Source: Bugula neritina
Lineage: Eukaryota; Animalia; Bryozoa
Direction: 5' to 3'
DNA length: 64,000 nt
Assembly (NCBI GenBank): GCA_964035545.1
Contig: OZ037772.1
Span: 9,980,818 to 10,044,817, forward strand
This document shows positions 56,498 through 64,000 of this stretch, piece after piece (position 1 is the stretch's first letter; each line of letters opens with the position of its first letter). The position numbers were made by a program, and so were the translations under genes. The notes beneath the pieces are model-generated. The model was not told the DNA's origin, ran no database searches, and worked only from the letters and a program-made list of their open reading frames with translations.

Positions 56498-58279
56498 CAG
56501 TGCTGTGAAAAAGTTTAAGGACGCTTGCAAAAATTTCTATGTATTTCTATGTATTGTTTAATAGGCATTTCTTGGAAGTTCTAAGTATTTTCCTGCAAGT
56601 TCTATATATCAAAATGAGCCTTAGAATGTGCACTACAATTCCCACCATATAAATTCCTACTGCTGTGATGTTTTTTACCTATTTTCGGGCTAACTATACA
56701 AGCAGCTAGGAAAGCGCAACTCCTGTGTTTTTATGTTTCCAAAGTTTATCGTTTCTGATAATCACAAAAGGCTAAACAGTGAAATTTGACTTTGTACATG
56801 GCATCATGATACCATAAAGTATGACTTTCTTCCACAATTTAAAATCTGTCATTTAGTTGTAAGCTTTTACATGGTGTCCACTTAGGTGCTGCGCATAGAC
56901 AAAATGAGAGCTGTAAATTTTACTTCAAAAGCAAGGTTTGTAATAATTTTTTTGCATAACGAAGGTTATTCAATTAGGAAAATATCTGAAAAGGTTGGCA
57001 AAGCAAGGACAATTGTTTATCAAATTATCAAGAAGTTTATGGAAACTGGCAGTGTAGCAGATCGACCTGAAAGTGGACGACCAAGAATAAGCACACTCGG
57101 AGATGACAAGGTTTTCATTAGGATCAGCAAGAAAGATTGCCATAAAACAAGTCCTGAGTTGGCAAAGAATGATCAGAATCAACAGGAACAACAGCTTCGA
57201 CATCCCTGATAAGGCGAAGACTGCTGAGCCATGGTCTATGTGTCTGCAAAGCAAGAAGGAAGCCTCTACTAACCGAGAAGTAGCGAAAAAACCGGCTACG
57301 GTGGGCCAAGGAGCTTGGTAGTTAGACAGTGAATGATTAGAAAAAAGTAATTATTTCAGATAAATCTACATTTAATGTGAACAATCATGCTGGAAACTGT
57401 GTTGTTAGAAGATATCAGTGTGAGGAATATAACCCCTAATGTATTCTTACAACAATTAAGCACCCTATCCGTGTTATGTTCTGGGGTTGTATAACATCAA
57501 AAGGTGTAGGTCGACTCAGTAATTGCTCTAAAATGATGTTAATGCCCAAAAATATATAGAGAATCTCAATGCTAAACTTCTTCCAATCATAAAAAAACTT
57601 CTTTTTAAATGAAATTAACATATTTGAAGATGACAATGCACCATGCCATTGGGCAAAAACTGTTAAAGAGTGGATGAAAAAACAGAGGGTCTCAACGCTT
57701 AACTGGTCAGCTCAAAGCCGGGACTTGAACCCAATAAGAAATTCATGGTCAAGAATGGCTAAAATAGTCTCTTCACAGAAGCCAACAACTAAGGTGACAC
57801 TCATAGAGCCTGTAATTCATGCATGGCATCATGTGGTGACTGGAAACGAGTTGGAGAAGCTGTACGAGTCGATGCCTCGTCGCTGCCGACTAGTGATTGA
57901 GAATAAAGGCTGGCCCACAAAACATTAATACTAAAATTGAAAGCACTGTGTGTTGCAATGCTACTATAATGTGTAGAACAAATCACATACAATATTTTTC
58001 TATGTTTCAAGTAAAATATTCTGATATCCTACAGTACACACAAATTGTGAGAACATTGAATAATTCCCATATATGCATAGTATCTCATTATTTCACCCAA
58101 ATTTTGAAAGGAAGTGAAAAGAGACACTAATAATTTATATAAATGAGATAAGGAGATCTTAAGGATCATTTTGATAGGTATCATGCCTATGGAAATGCTT
58201 TTGTCATGCCTTAAAATTAGCTTGGAACATTGCTATTATGGAAAACAATGAGGCGTCCTTAAACTTTTTCACAGCACTG
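56498..58279 (+). mobile_element. Tc1/mariner (Tc1-type) transposon with an inactivated transposase
   Basis: Perfect 27-bp TIR CAGTGCTGTGAAAAAGTTTAAGGACGC; TA TSD on both sides. Transposase fragments: HTH (GYSIRKISEKVG..ESGRPR), IISDKSTFN, FEDDNAPCH, WSAQSRDLNPIRNSW (catalytic E replaced), SMPRRC..GWPTKH. Frameshifts and stops are present. Confidence 0.95.
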
Positions 58280-59801
58280 TATTTGTATTACGAATAAATT
58301 ACTCAGTAATGAAGACTAATAGCGATAAATAACATTATAAGTAAGTTGAACTTTTGAGGGGTAGTTATTCAAATAATGAAATATTTAATAACAGTTAACA
58401 AAAAAATTACACTCGCAGTGATACGCCATAAACTGTAATGAAGTATAAACTGACAGTTAATACTGAATAACAACATGTCATAATATTTTAACAATTAAGT
58501 GATGATGATATTGGTGATAACTATAATAGTTATTAATATTTCAGTCATCACTCATCAGTGTGACTGTCAATATCAATAACAATATCAATATGAATAAAAA
58601 TACTATAAATGTAAGACTAAGTGTATAACTTTAACTATAAAATCAAATATAAGTATATCCATTCAATTCCATATAAAATTATTATTAACACTTATACTTA
58701 TACCAACAATTAGTCTTAGAGTATCACTAATTGTAAAATTAGATGCGAGTTGAAACACTAGTGTAACTTCACTGTAAGTGTAATGCACCAACAGTAAGAC
58801 TAACTCTAAGTCAGTAAGTGTAACTGTATAACTACAACTACAAGTACAAAACTAAAATTAAAAGTTTATCATTATGTTATCACTATCACCATATCACTAT
58901 CAGTTACTGTTAGAATTATGAATAATTACACAATGTGAATGTCAATTCAATTGCCAATCATGAATCACAATCACAATGCAATTGAATTCAGAATTGGGTA
59001 TTCCAATTTAAAGATAAATCGCTATATAGTTCTAGTACAATCGACAGTCACAATTTGAATTACTGAATTAGTATTACTTTTACATTCCTTTTAATTGGCT
59101 TACTAATATTAATAGTAATACAGTAAATGTAATAGTACACTGGTACTGGTAATGCTAGTAATAGTAATTACTAATAAAGCTCTAAGGAGGTAGGCGCAGT
59201 AATGGAGGAATTGAGAAAAGCCTGCGTTCTAGATTAGTAATACAAATAGTCACCGCTAACCCGGAGTACATGCATTCCCATCAAATAAATTTATTTTCTT
59301 TCAATCAAAATAATATGTATACATAGCGCAGCATTATGTGGACAACAGGCTTTGAACCACGTGACAATGGGGAAAACCCAAATTTCCATGAATCATCGTA
59401 GTAATGTTTGTTGGGCGGCCATGTTGATAATACTAATAGTCGTAATGATGATGATAAAATTCAGTAATATTATTTTGAATTTAGTTCACCTTATTTTTCA
59501 GAAAGTACACTGAAACTGGTAAAATAACTAACAATAATAATTTAAGGCTATTCTAAGAAAGCTAGTAATGTTAACTTCACTAAAAATAGTTTGCTATTTT
59601 TACTAAAACTAAAAGTAAAAGGAAAACTAAAGTTTTACTGTAAAAGTAAAACTTAAACACTTAAACTTAAAGTTAAACAGTTATTGTTAAACTAAAACTT
59701 AAAATTGATGAGTTGATCTTTTTTTAATTTTTATATTATACTTTAAGTTTCTAGTTATAGAGTTATACTTAATCTTATAGTTTAACTTAATGTTATACTT
59801 C

Positions 59802-60352
59802 CACTTACTTGACTTACCTGAAGATGCAATCACGTTAGACCACTAGATTAGTGTAAGCGACGTGCCTCGCTTGGTGAACAGAATTATTAAATGTAGTTAA
59901 TACTTTTATCACATAGATGCAGTTCTGTTTAGGACTTTGGTGTCAGTACAGGGCCTTATGAGGCCTGTTTGTGAGCAGCATTTGGTGTTATTTTTATATC
60001 ACATATTGTTCTGGGTAGGAAGCTGTTATGAGGTGTTAGTCCTGAAAGTGGTGGGCATGCCATTTGACTGAGACTTGGTGGTAACTGATGTAGTGGGCTG
60101 ATCGATGAGGTGTTCATACGATTTTGAGAGTGAAGGATGATATCTCTCTTTGGCCAGGATCCGCATCAAGAGACTAAGTCGTAGGTCTTTGCGCCTGTTT
60201 TGCAGGGGCTTTAATCCAAGCCTAGATCTTGCCTCATCTGAGCTACCCCTGCCTTTAATACCTGCCACAAATCGCACAGCCTGCTCTTGCACTTGCTCGA
60301 TGTCTACTGCAGCCTTCTTGGAGCTAGGGTCCCACACAGCAGCAGCAGCATA
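59802..60352 (-). mobile_element. 5'-truncated non-LTR retrotransposon (CR1/L2-group-like ORF2 C-terminus plus 3' UTR)
   Basis: YAAAAVWDP..IEQVQEQAVRFV..LGLKPLQNRRKDLRL.. followed, after a frameshift, by HNSFLPRTICD, typical of the ORF2 end. 3' tail GGTAAGTCAAGTAAGT. Confidence 0.8.
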
Positions 60353-60358
60353 TAAATT

Positions 60359-60407
60359 AAAATATGGAACCCTTCACGAATTTGCATGTCATCCTTGCGC
60401 AGGGGTC

Positions 60408-60447
<40 letters not shown>

Positions 60448-60464
60448 ACCTCCGAAGAGAGTAC
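60359..60464 (-). ncRNA. U6: U6 snRNA full-length copy (probable retro- or pseudocopy)
   Basis: Sequence GTACTCTCTTCGGAGGTACATATACTAAAATTGGAACGATACAGAGAAGATTAGCATGACCCCTGCGCAAGGATGACATGCAAATTCGTGAAGGGTTCCATATTTT. The ACAGAGA box and AGC triad are present. There are 3 substitutions in normally conserved positions and no obvious upstream TATA at -30. Confidence 0.95.
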
Positions 60465-61864
60465 AGTACCACTATCGCATAAATTAAAAAAATGATAACC
60501 ATAATGATAATATTTCAGTATGAATTTTCCTTAAGTATCCTTAGCTAGATTCATCAAAGTAGTCATACTTTTAGTTTTACTTACACTTTGACTCATCAAT
60601 TTTAAATTTAAGTCAACTTGTACATTAGACTTAGTCTAATGTACAAGTTAATAACTTTAAGTTTAATGATTAGACTTAGTTGCAGTACGACTACTAGTTA
60701 ACCTTAAAATTAGGTTTAATGCTCTTACTGTATATAATTAGGTAATGCTAATAGTAATATTAATAGTAATTAGTAATAGTAAATAATAATACTTATACTA
60801 AGATTAACCCTTATCGCCATCACATTTACGATTACTGATTAGTGATGACTAGCCGACTGCATATTGATATTGATATAGAACCAATGAACTCAATAATTAT
60901 TAATATTCTAATAATAATTAATAATAGTTAATAATAATTGATAATTAATAATTATTAATAAATAATAATTAATTATTATTGATAATTAATAATTAATAAT
61001 AGTCTATTCCAGCTCAGTATATAGAACAACCGATTTCATTCACTCATTGCACCACTTCCGGTAACTAATAAAATTGATTTTAACTACAAGTGCAACTGCA
61101 AGTCACCATTAGTCTAAAATATTAATTATTTATTGATTTAATAACTAACTAACTATTCAAATTCTCATCAAAATCTATTCATTTATAATTTATATAATAA
61201 TGTTAAATTTAGAGTTACTCATTTTGACTTACAGTTACACATAGTCATACTGATAATCATAGTCATAGTGATACTGTTACTGCTACGTTTACAGTTAGTG
61301 TTTCTCCTACAGTAATACTATTACTAATAGTAATACTAATACTAATAGACATTCAGTGATTCACATACTCATAGTGATAGTGATAGTAATAATTATAAGT
61401 TATAGTATAAGTAATACTGATAATAACATATTCATAAACATTATTTATTCAAGTAATAAAATTAACTGAATAATATTAATAATTCTTTATTGTAATACTA
61501 ATAGTAATACTAAGAGTTAGAGTAAGTCTATTACTATTACAGTAATACTATTAGTATTACTATTAGTAGTACTAATAATAATACTAAGTCTAGTAATAAT
61601 TATTAATAATCATAATGTATTACTAATTACTATTACTATTGTATTACTATTAGTATTAGTATTAATAATACTGTATAAGTATTACTATTGATAAAATTAA
61701 GTAATAATTTGGCTCTACTCATTACTGCAACTTAAGTGATTTGTTTCAATGTTTGTGATCATCATGATAGTGATTAATAAATATAAATATAATATAAACA
61801 TATTAATTTAATAATCATCATGATCATCATCAACTTGAAGTTTTAAAATATTATAATTATTAAA

Positions 61865-62662
61865 GGTTTCATCCCAGATAGACGCTTCCCAGTTAGACGC
61901 TAGACTAAATTTCCCACTTGGACGCTTCTCAGTTACACGCTATTTTTTATTTTGGTGCAATTACATATAGTAATATTTTTATATAAATGTTGCAGGGATT
62001 GCTATATAGCTATAGCTAATAGCTATAACAGCCAATATAAATTATCTGGGATAATATTCCAATTTTCATGATAATATGTGTATAAAAAAAGCAGTAATGC
62101 ATTAATAATATATTATTTTTAATGAATACTTATTAACAAAATATCTTTTCAAACGACAAGAAGTATAGAAAATGTAAAATCAAGAAGTTAATGCATATCA
62201 AAAGAATTTATTTATGTGCTAAATAGCAAGCGATTGATCCAAGTTTATTTAAATGTACATATATTTCAATAAAATATAAATCAATGAAATCCTCAACCCA
62301 TAACATGAATACCCGTATTAACACCTTCAATGCTATAGTTTGCGATTCGAGCATATACCTGCAGGGTTTCCTGTTGCGCACTGTCCGGGAGCTCCGTTCG
62401 GGGGGGGGGGGCAGGGGAGAGATAGCGGCGGATTTCTGAGCCTGAATAGATCCGAGGGTCCCACAATTACTCTCTCCGAGAGGTCTTGGGACTTAACCCA
62501 ATCAAGATCAAGATCAATAATATTCAAATAAATTGCGCATAGAATATACATGGTACCAAAATAAATAAATAGTGTCTAACTGGGAAGCATCCAAGTGGGA
62601 AGCGTCTAAGTGGGAAATTTAGTCTAGCGTTTAACTGGGAAGCGTCCATCTGGAATGACGCC
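61865..62662. mobile_element. Non-autonomous TIR element with subterminal tandem repeats (MULE/Merlin-like)
   Basis: GG...CC termini; inverted arrays of TTCCCA(G/C)TT(A/G)GACGC; 8-bp flanks TTATTAAA/TTATTGAA. Confidence 0.65.
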
Positions 62663-63825
62663 TTATTGAATTATTAATAGTAATAGCATGTTTTAATTTA
62701 TGATAACGCTAACTCTACATCTTACTCTTAGTCTAATTATTGATGCAATTTGAATAATGAATTACACATTATGGTGCCTATATTTTACCAAGAAATTTTA
62801 AGGTCGGATCAATTATTCTGGATGCTAAATTGATGATTACTATTACTATTAGTTCATATTGATATTGTAATTATAAAGATTTAGTTTTGCCACTTTTCTT
62901 TAATTGGAGTCTTTCAAACCATTTCGTTTTATTAGTTTTTAGTAAGAAAACAATCATTATGGTTGCCAGAAATGTGACTATGACTACAAGTACAACGTGG
63001 TGACTGAAGCAGTCACAAAATAGCATTTTTAGTTTCAAATGTCAAAGGGTATTACTCATCTGGTTAGTAGTAAACATTACCAGGCCAGAGGTTTAGAAGA
63101 TATACAAAATACTATTAGTGAGAGTGTTTATGCTGAGATTTAGAAACAAGGCAATTTTATTACCGAGTTTAATGAATTTTCATCAAAATTACTTAATGTT
63201 TTGAAATTAATTTTACACTGATTCAGTGTGAAATTTAATGCTCAATCACTTATAGACAATTTTAAAAGTTTATTTGGAAACTTGGTGTTGCCTTTATTGG
63301 ACATGTCAAATTTCTCTTTTTGCAATTTTATTTACAAAAGGCAGTTTAATGTAATTATATATTTTAAATCACTTGCAGTTGTGTACTATATCTTTTTTGT
63401 CACATGTTTAGCTGTTTTCTAATTCTATTGTAAGTAAATTTTATGAAGATGCTTTCAGTCTTTACATAGACATTACAATGTATTCGTAACCTGAAACAAG
63501 GAAATTATAAAGTTGAAAGAACATTTAAGAGATTGTCACACATTACATCCTCAAAACTAATAGTGTAAATTTGTAGTTTTTTACACAATTTGCTAGATAT
63601 TTAATTAGTTAAACAACTTAAGACTGCACAACTTTCCGCACTATTCAAATTGAAACTAATAAATAACCAATGACATTAAATTTTAAAAAGCTTGTGGGTT
63701 TTAGCCTCCCTGATAAGTTTGATTAATTAGCTACAGTACTTACAGTTTATTTCACAGATCACTTGAAGGGGTCATAAGCAGGATACCAAAGTATATTTGA
63801 GGCTTAAGTTTGAGTTTACAAGACG

Positions 63826-63897
63826 ATGGCCCTTACATTTCATGTAGCTGAGCCGTGGTCCGGTACTGGGTGGCCTGTGTCCTTATTTGACGATAAG
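63826..63897 (+). CDS. First coding exon of a third, divergent TRAF paralog (gene continues beyond the window)
   Basis: Encodes MALTFHVAEPWSGTGWPVSLFDDK followed by gtgagt. It aligns with TRAF exon 1 ([16 protein letters not shown], gtgagt) and has the same phase-0 donor. Acceptor ttcacag ends at 63757. Confidence 0.75.
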
Positions 63898-64000
63898 GTG
63901 AGTTGATGTAACTTGTTACTACTCAACTTTGTGTCTAACAAATGAATATGTAGTGCCAAAACTCCCTTTTCAGCTTGGTCTATTGTCTAAACTATATGTT

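Noticed and set aside
56886-57928. Active Tc1 transposase
   Set aside because: Multiple frameshifts and stops, and loss of the catalytic Glu (NPIRN).

Overview
AT-rich, intron-rich eukaryotic (invertebrate-animal-like) genomic DNA; most ORF-track entries are exon fragments or microsatellite noise. Manual splicing with GT-AG sites and phase checks gives four gene groups. (1) Two tandem + strand paralogs encode an unusual fusion of a MEKK2/3 (STE11-family MAP3K)-type kinase with a C-terminal NHL-like beta-propeller. Copy 1 (4053-10477) is intact at about 660 aa. Copy 2 (about 22753-34501) carries two inverted copies of a CACAG-ended DNA transposon, one inserted exactly at a splice junction. (2) TADA1 (SAGA subunit) lies at 36512-42671 on the minus strand. 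(3) A TRAF2/3-like gene lies at 44784-50630 on the minus strand, preceded by a tandem duplicate of its exons 1-6 (52599-56265). (4) The first exon of a third, head-to-head TRAF paralog starts at 63826. Mobile DNA includes an RT-less Ty1/copia LTR element, a dead Tc1, several MITEs, a tRNA-derived SINE family, and a U6 snRNA copy abutting a 5'-truncated LINE. The best candidate for an undescribed system is the kinase-propeller family, whose propeller has hypervariable loop patches and which sits next to a remodelling TRAF cluster, suggesting a sensor-kinase innate-immune module. All gene models are manual and have no transcript support.
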